From Styela clava (taxonomy: Eukaryota): a DNA stretch of 64,000 nt. The notes beneath the pieces are model-generated. The model saw only the letters and a program-made list of their open reading frames with translations. It searched no databases and was not told the DNA's origin. Shown in pieces: positions 51,918 through 64,000 of this stretch; the stretch's first letter is position 1, and each line of letters begins with the position of its first letter. The stretch is taken from assembly GCF_964204865.1 (NCBI RefSeq), contig NC_135251.1, positions 11,160,001-11,224,000 of the forward strand. Direction: 5' to 3'. Made by a program: the position numbers and the translations under genes.

Positions 51918-54900
51918 CTACGGGTCATTTCGACCTAGGGATATAAATTAAGCTAAATGTCCATGGATATGTTAAGTGCTATATTCCCCGAAATCAACTC
52001 ACATTTCGGTACCCTCGTAGTGCAAGTGCCAGGCCATGATTTTATTCCAATTTTCCTTATTTTATTTCTATTACGAGTTCTGGGACTGTCTGTGTTAGCC
52101 AAGTGAATACCAGCCCCTATGTTTAAGTCCCTTTAGACAAAAGTAGACGAACAAAATAAGTTACCTTCATATTGGTACACACACTTCTGGAGCGCCAAAT
52201 TTTCTACTGCTAATGCTAAATCGCAAAAACTTACTTGCATTCTGGTCCTTTCCGTTTTGTCCCGAATAGTCCTTCCTTTTAATTCTGGAATAAGGTCCTA
52301 CGTCTGGATCGGTTATAAATTCTTTTATTACTCCGGGCCAGGAGTCATGGCGGGGAAGATCGTCGTAGAAATCTGGTGCTATCTTCTGAACCTGAAAAAG
52401 GGTGATATAACATGCTACACTGTCCAGTTTGGCTAATTCGGAGGGTGCAAATGGTTACATTCGATCAAACAAAAGCGTAAAAATTGTCAAATTACTGCTG
52501 AATTTATTTTTTTTATTATGATAGGATAGGATTTACATATTTATCCCGAAGAGACATCAGCTGATGGGTTTGGTGTCAAAACACTAATGTATGGCAGCCG
52601 CCCCGGGCAGCACGCTGTAGGAGTGAGTTTGTAGATTAGTTTTATGATTTGAATTAATAATACAAACTCTTACATGACCTTCATTTATTTATTGTTGTTC
52701 TGTATAACAAAATCTATAATTTGTTTATCCCCCGAATTATTTTTGAAGTCATACCTCAAGGGGGATCGTTATGAGAAACTCTCTCCGGACAGTTTGGTAA
52801 ACCCCTGACTGGCAGCAACATTATGATCGTAGTTTTCATCACCCAAATCGAACGCCTAGGATTATGTCAAAGATCATTTTTCACTCGGTTTGCATATCAA
52901 AAGCCGCATTTGATTTTCGATGTCGTGCAAACATACAGCAATGCTTACCAGTGGTAATTTGGCTCCTGGAATACTTGGAAAATCATGGTGTTCCATGTGA
53001 TATCCTACATTGTATGTTAACATGTTCAAAGGCCCGTAATATGAGTAGGTTTCGTGTCCCTGAAATAAATGAAGAACTATTAATCAAGTTAAATTCCGAC
53101 TTAAAGCAGTAACGCAAGTCCGGATTTCGCTCAAATACTTTGCATACGTGGGTACCCTACAAACATTTGAAACAACGTTGTAGCAGCGATGCTGATGTCC
53201 CGTACGAGCGAGATACCAGTGATGTGAGTCTGTGACGGATATTATTTTATAAGCTAATTAGCCCCATAGAATATGATCGATCGAAGCTGATTACTTTTTT
53301 CAAATATGCGGGTGAACTGAGAAAGAGATTTAATAACATGTTTTTTTTTTATTTTGAGTTCACATTACTTTACTCACATTACATATAACTCGAGCCAAAT
53401 TGAACACCTGCGTTATTCGGACAGTCAGACGTGAAAACACTGGGTCCGGCTCGAACCGACCACCATCTTAAAGCAACATAAATCGCTGTTTTATTCGGTC
53501 GTTTTAGCTTTAAATAACGAACTGTATGTAAATAGATCTTCATGCATATTGGAATTAAAATGAAAAAATGATCCGATATTCCATAAATTTTTGGTTGGAC
53601 GAACAGGCGAGATGTACAGTGTATATATAAATTTGAAATTGTAAATGGATTTTTTTTCGCACATCAGTGGTTGAATACGGGTGAAGTTCTTAGTTTCTAA
53701 ATAACCTCAAAATATCAGAATAAGTGACTATATGAAATTAGTTCAAATATGTATTACTCTTACCTTTAAAAACATGTAATGCTCAGATATAAAATGTCCT
53801 GAAACGGGATGAATTGCCAGGCCTAGGTAGGTACCAATGAGAAGATACGCAAGAGCTCGTCCTCCCCACGTCCAAACCAAGAAAACTATAAAAAAAAATA
53901 TAATTAGAAATAAATGTTAGATCGGCACCAATTTTAACTAACTATTGACGGGACTTGATCGAAATGTTAAGCGTAGATATACGTCAGTTAAATCTCAATA
54001 AAAATTATTTAAAAATGATGCATTTGACAAGTCTTAGTATGACATCACAATCCTATTAATAAATAATATGCTTAAGGTTGAGAGACTTTATTAGGAATAC
54101 ATAATAACTTTTTTTCAAAAAGGTTAACGGCCATTTATTATCAAATTCTTGGATTACCAACCGCATCTAAAAAAAACAGGGTTTATATGCTGAGGTATGG
54201 GCATTCGAGGCCTGAACTATATATTTTTTACACAGAAGGTCACCGTTTTTTCGTGAAATTTTGTGGTAAGCCTGTTAAATATGAAATGTGCTCGTTTTTA
54301 CATGAAGATACGACCACCCTCAGTATTGACCGCGAAACCGCTGGTTGCTGGCATTTATTTATCGCAGCGCAATTTGTTAACATACATACCATTGAACGTG
54401 ATCTGGCAAGTAGCATTGATGAGGTCTTGTTGAGATAAAGGTTTCGGATTGATGTACAGAGGTCGTATTGCATAGAGTAATGGCTGCAGTAAAACCCATA
54501 AGACTTTACGTAGCGTTGTGCTATATGAAAACAAGTAACAGTATTTTAATACGTATGGGAAATGAGTAAATACTACGTATACAGACAGGTACACCATAAA
54601 ATTCAACAAATTAGGTGCTACGTGGTGTGCACCTAGTATGTATCACAGGTAATCCATGAGATACTTCCGACAATTCACCAGCATTTAGAAAAATTAAGTG
54701 TTCAGCAATTCATCATCTGGGTATCCGACCTTGCTTTTATTTTTATTATTACAAATTTCACTGCCTTGTTATTACGTATAAGCAAGGCTGCCATAGCGTC
54801 CGATATTTCTAAAAGAAACGTCCTTATTTTGACATGAGTCCTTATGTTTGTTTTCTTTTAGGGGTAGAGGTTCTTATACCCGGCACTTAGATTATTGGTC

Positions 54901-57900
54901 AATTCGAATGATTGATTTGCTAGAAATGATATTAGAACCTCACCGATTGCTTCGCGCATACATGGCATAATGACAGCAAATTAATTGCCACAATGACAAA
55001 ACAATAGCCTACCGGCAAAGATCAGTTCGTGTAACTTGAATCAAAATACGGTAGTGAATAAGAGCCGTGCAGTTGACGAGTAGAATTACTAAGATGTGAT
55101 AGGTTTGATAAGTGTATAGCAGTAGCCTACTGATTTCGTTTCTAAGAATAAAGAATTGATGTAGCAAATCCTTTCTAATGCAAAGTATAAATAACACGGG
55201 TCACACTGGCATGGATACATTTTGTTTATTACATATCGTTCTTTGGTATCTTATTATTATGTTTCCCTGATGTCCTTATATTTGGGTTCATGTCGATGGC
55301 AGCCCTGCGTATAGGCTATCTTATATCATTTTGCCTGAAAGCTACACGCATGTACGCGATTTGAATACGATCGAGTACGAATTTTGTTACTGACACCCGG
55401 AAATACATGGCACAATATTTCCTAATCAGCAAATTCTGGGTAAAACGACAGTTTAAGAAAAACATCGAAAACAGATAAAACTAAAAGCTTTTTGAGACAC
55501 ATTTTTATCTTAAACTATACCGAAAATCTGAAAAAATTGGTCCGGTAGTGGGAAAAGTTTTTGTCCCAATTACAACAATTTGCCTTAACGATTCATAAAC
55601 CCACCGTTTTTCTAAAACAAGAAACATCCACATGCATCAACTTGGCGCATCTACGTAGGCAGACTAAGGGGCGCTCCAGAAGTGTGTGTACCAATATGGC
55701 GATAATTAATTTTTTTCGCCTATTTTACATCAAGTTGTGTAAAGGAACTGAAACCTAAGGGCAGAGGGTATATTCACTTGGCTAACACAGACAGTCCCCG
55801 AACTCGTTGTAGAACTAAAGGAAGGAAAATGAAAATAAAATTATGCCCTAACCTGGTACACACACTACGGGAGTACCGGATAAGAAATATAAAAAATGGC
55901 TCGTCTCACCAAAACAAAACACCTTCAAATTCGGTTGGGATGTCGGTGTCGATTCCGTCTACCCCTTGACATCGGTGATGATCGAGGTGATATTTCTTGA
56001 ATGATACAGAGTAAGGAATGCCGATAGGGAGGTTCGCAAACATGGCAAAAATTCCATTCCACCTGTAAGTATGAAATTAACCGAATACTTGATCGTAGTG
56101 GTATTCAAATTGTTCGCACGAGTTCCTGCTTGTTTTTATCTTTTGTATAATATTAGTTAGGCACTGGATTCATGTAAAACGTGACTTATAAGATGACATA
56201 CATTCACATTTTAGTCATGTAATATTGTAATTGTAAGGAATTTTTTTGTCAAATCAAGGGGGACGGGTAATTAAATAGTAACTGACCTGCTTTTACTTCC
56301 ATGTCCATATGCTTGATTGTGAGACATTTCGTGTATTGCAAGTGTTAAGCTATGATTCAATGTTCCTAAAAAAAATACAGAAGATTATTTCCATGGAAAA
56401 TATTTTCAATAATTTTGCAAATAAGAGAAAGAATGCATTCTATCCTGCGTATATATTATCATGGATGTAAGGACAAAATCCTAACTTAAAAATATGTACT
56501 TTTGAAAGTCACGGTTATATCTAATCAGAAATACCAACATGACAGCATATCGTACGCGTAAAATAAACTTGATGTTCGATGCACGATTTTCGATGACGAC
56601 CCTGTGATTAATCAGATCACTGGCCTGCTATAACTGACGTCACAGGATACGATTCATCAATATCCTTATCCAAACAATTGGAGTAGGAATGAAACTCCAA
56701 ATGAATATATTATCAACCACAATAATTTAGTACATTAAGTGTAAATACGACTGCGAAATTCTTGTAGTATTTTGTACCTATGTTCTGAGCCAGGGGATTT
56801 TAAATAGAGGTAAATTTGGCCTGTAGTGGAGGAAAATTTTGCAAGTAAGAAAGTACACGACCAAATGTGGGTGTCTGTTGACTACACGTAGCGGATCGCG
56901 AAATTGTTGGAAACGCAACGCCCTCTGCTACACAATTGATGTTATTCTGAACTTAAACTAGAGTGACTGCCAAGCGTATCCCGACTTTTTATACTTCACC
57001 CACGAAATTGAAAAAAGAAGTTTACACACACTGTCTTCTCTAGGAGATGGTAGATTTTACTTTCAAATTTGCTCGAGGGGTAAATGATAGAAAGAAGTTT
57101 TAAGCGCTGTTTCCAAACTTCAAGATACGCTAATATTTGTAGAGCTGATTATTTGATTCAAATCCGTAGAAACTATATAAAATAAGTAAATAAATAAACA
57201 AACCTCCCAAAATATATGCCCATAGTAAAAGCCATGGCCACGACAGATCTCTGACAAGATAGCAAGCAACAAATTGTGCGGCAACTTGGGCACACACAAC
57301 CCACTTGAAATGTGGATTTACCTTCATCAATCTCTTTAGTTGTGGGTATTGACCTGAAAAGAGAATATGGTAGGATTTACATATTTATCCCCGGGGAGAA
57401 CGGCTTAATAATATGGCCTCGTCCGGTCATTATAGTCCATGTCAAGTATGTGATTAGTCGGTCAGTTATTTGTTTCAGATGCATGAACTTGGATGGATGG
57501 TGGAGGAAGCCGCAACAGACCAGAGACTGGACTGGACTCCTCACCCTACGGCGGCGAGGAGTCCAGCAATCCTCCCGCACATAATTATACCCCATGGGAT
57601 TCATGGGAACATTCGAACCCAAGCAGGGTAATCTGGGGTGCGTTGGCGAGCGTATTCCTAACGCTGATGCGACAAACAGTTTGTTGAATTCGGTAAATAT
57701 TCATAAGCCTTAGTCATCTTGCTCTGATCCGAGTCATTCTTTGTTCGGTATATCGTGAACTTGGTATTTAATATTCAAATACGTCAATGCAGGCGGGTAA
57801 AGACGACTCATTGTTGCGTACGTGAGCTACTGACAGTCATTATTAACGCGAAATGGTGAAAATCAATAAAGATCATCAAAAACCGAACCTGCTATTATTG

Positions 57901-58616
57901 TTGGAAAAAAGTCGAGGCGGCGAAAGGGCGCTCTCCAAGATAAATACTTCAATACTATTTCGCATATTGTTAAATTTGTGAGATCTGGCCTGAGCACAGC
58001 ATTTAAAATACAAATGCGATGTCCAATTTTTCCCTCCATTCATTTGTTGACATACATCGGCGATATTTGGAAAAAATCCAATGATTGCAATTATTCAGAG
58101 CTCGGGTTAAGTGAACATCTTCGAATCGTTCCAAAACAAATATGTAGGATAGTATTTTTGTATTTACATATTTATCCCAAGGAAAAGGAAAGCCGACAAG
58201 AGTAGCCATATGGCGTACCACGGCCTCCCGTCCGCCTACCAGTAGTAAGTTATATGGTTTCAGATGCATGGATTCGATGGTGGAGGAAGCCGTGACCGGG
58301 TTCAGTAATGCCGCAGCATATAATTATCGCCCATGTGACTCAAACCTGCGAACCCACGCAGAATAATCTGAGGTGCAAATCGCCATCTCGCGTAACGATC
58401 TCGTCATCAAACAAGAACAATTTTCGTGATGAGGTTACAAATCGTGCTTCTGACAGGAATTGTTGAACTGACACATTTCAAACCTGCGAATATCAGCTTT
58501 GGGACCAAAATAACAGAGGTATTAGGCTACTTACTAAGCATCTGTTTTCTCCGATCTGTGTGAGGTTGGTCTGAATAATCCCATTCGAATCGCTCTCTTG
58601 TAACATATCCTCCCAT
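51918..58616 (-). CDS. DEGS1: Sphingolipid delta(4)-desaturase DES1/DEGS family, ~333 aa
   Basis: Exons 58616-58535, 57353-57204, 56365-56287, 56062-55910, 54520-54390, 53885-53764, 53059-52949, 52391-52235 and a probable 51934-51918 splice in frame. N-terminus [27 protein letters not shown]; His boxes HEMSH, HLDHH, HMEHH; [12 protein letters not shown]. The last exon is uncertain (read-through would stop at 52167). DEGS1 vs DEGS2 orthology is not resolved. Confidence 0.93.
52008..52196 (-). mobile_element. MITE, GGCGCTCCAGAAGTGTGTGTACCA family
   Basis: Reverse copy of 55670-55877. Confidence 0.7.
54783..55307. mobile_element. hAT MITE in DEGS intron
   Basis: TIR CAAGGCTGCCAT / ATGGCAGCCCTG. 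8-bp TSD cgtataag/cgtatagg. Confidence 0.8.
55670..55877 (+). mobile_element. MITE, GGCGCTCCAGAAGTGTGTGTACCA family
   Basis: Imperfect 24-bp TIR GGCGCTCCAGAAGTGTGTGTACCA vs TGGTACACACACTACGGGAGTACC. Relatives at 7430, 16230-16445 and 52008. Confidence 0.72.
57365..57672 (-). mobile_element. tRNA-derived SINE in DEGS intron 1
   Basis: Reverse strand reads gcgttaggaatacgctcgccaacgcaccccagattaccctgcttgggttcg...ggggataaatatgtaaatcctacc. It ends just before the exon 2 acceptor. Confidence 0.75.
58143..58385 (-). mobile_element. tRNA-derived SINE in DEGS intron 1 (second copy)
   Basis: Reverse strand reads gcacctcagattattctgcgtgggttcgcaggtttgagtcac...cggcttcctccaccatc...gggataaatatgtaaat. Confidence 0.72.
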
Positions 58617-61600
58617 GGTTAAAGTAAGTTTAGAAATAAGTTAGTCTAGATTTAAATAATGGAAAATGATTACAATTTCAAATTATGACAGCACAAATGT
58701 AATTTATATTATATGACATCATAAATCAATATTACACTTTGTTATGTAGCTTCCTCCTCGCGACACGGACAGGTACAGGCCTACAGGGTCGCCATGAAAT
58801 CATATAATATGAGTAAACAATCCTATTCAAAATGTTAAATTAGTTAAATTACTCAATAGGCCTGTTAATTTGTTTATGCCTAATCACACAAACATTTTTG
58901 TCCACAACAATAAGCAAAATACCTGATGGAAAGGCAGCTAACTCTAGTATTTCGCAGCATAGAAAGGAAGTAAGTTTTAATGGCATTTGAATCCGTAATA
59001 TTTGCTTGGTGCCTCAACCTTTGTTGTTATAAGCACGACGTGCATGCATTCGAACATAAGACTGAATACGGCTAAGGTGTGGGCGATTTGGATTTTCAGT
59101 CAATTAAGCTACAGCAGCCCAATGAGTTTAGTATTCTCCCGTCTGCTTAATGCTTACGCTTGCCCACTGTATCCTTGTGAGCTGGCTTTGGTATTTTAGA
59201 TCAATTGTAGCCATTCGCATCTTCTTATTGCTCTAACCTTACTATAATATCATTTTCTTTCCAAAAACTTAGATTCAAAACTGAACTTTTAATCGAAAAA
59301 TGATACCTGCTGTACACATCAAGTTGCGTTAGCTGTCGGCAGTTAAATCTAAACATATAGGAAATAGGCTGTACTTTGAGTGATATAAAAGCATGTATAC
59401 ACTGTTAAAAATCGTTTAATCTACCGAAATTATTAGCATTTCACATATTTTGAATACAATTTCGGATAAAATGTAATGCGCGATTCATAAAAAAACACCC
59501 CTACCCGTGGCTGCGTGATGTGGAATGTAATAACTGCACAATTTAGGTAGTATGTACGCGTTGTTTGAAGTATTTTCACATCGGATACCACGTCGCGCTG
59601 ATATGATTCATACAATAAGCCGCACCAGAATATGCGGAAACACAACTGGATATAATAATAAATTTGTATCTACCAGGAGAAATATTGAGAATATTTTATC
59701 AATAATACACCATACTCGGCAGCTTAATTTTAGAAGTGTTTTATATCACACTTGGCCTACATTGGGTATGAAATATGTTACTGTGTTCATTAGGAAATAA
59801 CGGTATCAAATTGAAACCATATTTTAGTGAAGCAAAGAATATATATGATTAATAACCTGCGTGTCATCACATTATCCACAAGAACTATATCTGCACATGT
59901 GTCTGCGAAAGAGCAACTACACTTGACAGTTGACACAAATTTAACCTAGACAAACGATGAAATATCAAAACTGGAAATTTATGTCGTCATAGGCAATAAA
60001 TACTGTATGCACTTTGACAACCAAGCCTGCCGGCAATCAAAACTAATTATCGGTTTCATGTTTCAATGGTTTGCACGATGTCTATGCACATTAAATTGCT
60101 TACTCTATTCTCCTTACTAAAGTATTTTAGTCCATAGTGTGCTACAGAAAATCCGCATTCAAAGAAAATTGTTTGCTTGAAACGTAGACCAGCAAATGGA
60201 ATCTCTATTTCATTTTGACTATAGCAACATGCTAAAAATTGAAACTAGTCTTTGGCTTTGCGTCTCTGCCTGGCAACAGATTTGTTGAGTAATATTTGTC
60301 AATTTGCTCCCTGTTCTGGGAGTTCACACAACTATAGAATCGATACCTCTAGCGAACTAAAATTTAGAAGAGGCGTTTCCATACAATACCAACAATACAA
60401 AACCGTGGCATTATGTTGATTCGTTCAGTTTCATCTCTCTAAATTGCTCCTTATTGAAAGAATTCGAACTGAGCTATACAAATTGAACAAAGGTATTTAA
60501 TGCTATTTTAATCGCATCCGCATGTTGAACGGTATTTGTTTCCGCTCTGCCTTGTATGGGCTGCCGATATTGCGACACGTACTTATCGACACGTACCCAA
60601 TTCCAATACCGTAAAAAGTGATAAAATTTACAATTTTTTTTTATACAAAATAACATTAAACGTCAATGAAACCGCGAAGTCAAATTACATCGATACGAAA
60701 ATGGGAGTTTGCGACTCAACTCCCAATAACAAGCGTTTCGATTTCAATCATAAGATTGCTCATACTCTCGAAAGAGGACCGGTACAATCATACACATACA
60801 AACCGAAAAACAAAATAGATTTTGTACGTTCGCAAAGCCTTCAAATGTCTACAAAAATGACATTGTTGTGTAGCTTGTTGTGGTACAGTAATACGTCATA
60901 GGTTATTAATAGGAAATCAAACGTTGTAGGAGAAAATATACAATCTCAGACACCAAACTACCTATATTAACAGGTACAACGGAGATTTGTTTCGAGTTAA
61001 TTAAACATAAAAAACAACCATACCTATATATCAAACTGCCTCAGCTTACGCTATGTTTCTCAATTGCAGAATTTTACTAATAAATCTCATGACTAGATGG
61101 CTGGTTTGATTATATCATTCAACTACAGTTGTTCTCAAACCGCTCTGAAACAAAATAGGACTGATAACTATAATATTTAAATAAATTCAAGCTATTTCGT
61201 CTTGATAAATAGCATTGAGAAGAAATAAATTATACAGAAAACTATCAGAAATATATCTTTCTGATTCAGCATATATTAATAGTCTTATCTTTGCGTCTCG
61301 ACCAATGCTGAGATATGATGCGTACTCTGTGCAGGAAAGAAATGAATAGCAATGTAATCAATACAAGATACTTCCCATTCGTCATTCCAATGTTACTGTT
61401 AACAAACTTATGAAATTTACAAACATTTACTGTTGATAAAATGATAGGAATCAATCATGCGTTCCCGTTCAATAATCACAACGTATATGTATATATTATA
61501 ACACTGTCCAGATGCGCTGTACGATACATTGTACAAAATGTAATACACGCGATTCTATATGAACCTAACGCTTTTTTTATACAGCAATGTGTCAATCAAT

Positions 61601-62866
61601 TAAAATATGAGCAATGCGTCTCAAGGGAGAGGTGGGATGCCCACAGTTGACTAGGAATTAAAAATTTATATGCTATTATGCCTGCTGCTCCTGGCATGAT
61701 ATCAGACTCATTAATTACCGGTGTGGCGGATTATGGTTATTTACGCTTGGGCACGACGAACGAAATGATGAAAGTAATAATACTGTAAGTAAGTCATAAC
61801 AAAACATGATTCAATCACTGACCCAGCATGGTAAAATACTAACAGCGAATGCCGTTAGAAAATATACGGCAATTTTAAACAATGAAAGACATTTATAGAG
61901 CTTGATTGCTGTCATGTCGAGGATAAATAAAGCAAAACCGCTGACAGCAGAACGATGTAAGGGCTGACACGAATGACTTTTACATTAGTTGCAGAGTTCT
62001 GATACTTCATTCTAGCAATACAGACTAAAATACAAATTATATATATGAAAACCTCCGAAAGCCTATTGATGAGAAAGGAACTTGCCTGTCGGTGTGAATA
62101 CTGTGTATCGGAATCAATTTTATATAAGCCTCTTTACAGCTAGCTTAAAGTGAAAGAAGTATATAATTTGATACCAAATTGCAAATATATTTTCGATTTC
62201 AAATTGTATGAAGCAATATGCACCATGCCTAGGCCGACGAGAAAACGACCTAGAGAATTTGAATTGCTTTAATAAAATAAATAACTTCTGGTGTGTTATT
62301 TTCGTAATTTCAAAACACCTATATTAATCGGAATAGGGTTCTTCGTATCAAAACGCTAAATTCCTAAACTTGTTCGTTATTTTTATAAATATCTTCGAGT
62401 TTACATATCGTGCTGCTAATTTCGAATATCTGATAATGAATAAATTCAACTGCTCATCCCATCTCTAATAAATTTCGCCACATGACCAATGTAGTGGCGT
62501 AATTGTTGCATCCATTATTTAAAAAAAAATGCTAAAATGGAACAAAAAGAATTTACACAGCTTTGTGTTTTATTAGGTTTTACTTCCGTTGTTAAAATAT
62601 AAATTTCGCTTGTTGAATCATTCCGACCCTGAACGCACCCTCCAGCTTGTTAGGCAAAATCAATTGAGCGAAGGTAAAAGCTTTTGACTAGAAATATCTC
62701 TAGTGTAGCAAATTCGTTCAAATTTTAAAATCTGGACAAAAATCAGTTGATACACAAAGTTCTCTAATATTCGATTTAGTATATTTCAGTTGTCACTTAG
62801 TACTTCATCTTGTGAGTGAGTTTGTTTTTGTTGAACGAGGTTGTGTAACAGCGCATTTGTATCAGG

Positions 62867-62900
62867 AACAAGAGAGCTATGCTCAGATATATGGGCAAGA
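62867..62900 (-). mobile_element. Helentron-like terminus
   Basis: AACAAGAGAGCTATGCTCAGATATATGGGCA, matching the 43502 terminus. Confidence 0.55.
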
Positions 62901-63371
62901 TAACCAGAGCGAAATGGTCCTTACCTTAAAAAACCACAACATAACGGATAAAATAAACTACGTTCTGATGCAGCATAAAGTTACAAACAGTAGCTCTGAC
63001 GAAATCTCTCGAATCAATTTGTTATTGCGGAGGGAGAAGCGACAATCTGAAAGCAGCTTGAAACTTGTAAATAATTGATATATGAATTACATCACTTAAC
63101 TTCCAGCTGACCGGCCGTCTGTCGAAAAAGAACACCTGCTCGCGACTTTCTCCGTGCATTATTATAGATTACAACAGGTAAATTAATTCAATTAATCCGT
63201 CCTGTCATTTCTATATTTATCGCAGAAACTTTAATGTTGAATGTGACAAAGTGACGAGTAAAATAACTCTGTCTCTGATAAATATATTCTTTCATACTCA
63301 ATAAACATAATACCTTTTTGAAAAATCGTCTTTTTAAATGGGTATCATTCACACACATATTTGTCGCAGTG

Positions 63372-63574
63372 GGTGACCGTGCAATTGAACCCACGTACAT
63401 TTAAACCCATGTGTATATCCACTGGTTTAATCTATATGCGGGTGCTAAAACCCATGGGTTAGGGTTAGTATGGGTTCAACTATCCGAAAAACAAAAAAAA
63501 TTCCATAGGTGCAATAGCATACAGGTGCAATTGTCATGGGTTCAAATGTACGTGGGTTCAAATGTAATGGAACC
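63372..63574 (+). mobile_element. Mutator (MULE/Phantom)-like MITE, family copy 3
   Basis: GGTGACCG...GTAATGGAACC with perfect 9-bp TSD gtcgcagtg. Near-identical to 26550-26752. Confidence 0.9.
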
Positions 63575-64000
63575 GTCGCAGTGTATTTCACAACTTGAAA
63601 TTAAGACATCTTGCAATATTCAATCAATGCAATATTCATTCAAATGGTTGATATTTGTCCAATTTCAAATTCAGCGCGAATGAAAATGCCCAATCGACAA
63701 TCCAAACTTTTGCATTAAACAATCTCAAATGCTTCCTAAATGTTCCCTAAGCAGACCAAACTCTGTATACAACATTTCGACTACTTCTATACCTGACAAA
63801 TCAGTCGGAAATGGAACTTCCTCCTTTGGTACCTATTCGGCCTCACTTCAATTGAATTCAACAATTGGATACTATGAAACACCAACGACCCGATTTTAAC
63901 CTTTTACAATAGTTCTATAACCATAACAAAATGTGCGAATTCTACAGAAATGGCATACGATATGGTGGCCACAAAATGAATAATACTTTCTGCAGTTTCA

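Noticed and set aside
60230-61330. Two minus-strand segments sharing gagacgcaaag..aagact (GRDAK) as duplicated exons
   Set aside because: The match is too short and there is no convincing exon structure.

Overview
AT-rich, intron-containing animal genomic DNA. The compact introns, short dense DNA-transposon derivatives and intron-rich genes suggest an invertebrate chordate such as an ascidian; this is inference only. I reconstructed three conserved spliced genes by hand with in-frame GT-AG junctions: a rolling-stone/FAR-17a-AIG1-like membrane protein (minus, 30973-33308), a DUF1295 steroid-5-alpha-reductase-like protein (plus, 46399-50142) and a sphingolipid delta-4 desaturase DEGS (minus, ~51918-58616). 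A fourth, unrecognised two-exon gene (25329-26117) encodes a small membrane protein whose Ser-rich tail ends in a DSGYAS beta-TrCP-type degron. The rest is a nested transposon landscape. It includes a decayed Gypsy pol inside a pogo/Tc1-type MITE, several hAT MITEs with 8-bp TSDs, a Mutator/Phantom family with 9-bp TSDs and a minisatellite-expanded end, a tRNA-derived SINE family, and a head-to-tail Helentron/DINE-1-like dimer just upstream of the DUF1295 gene. The most unusual structure is a possible Pack-MULE (19312-24232): a Phantom-type end and FLYWCH transposase stub followed by three intron-retaining, pseudogenised protein-tyrosine-phosphatase exons. Most short ORFs in the supplied track are spurious.
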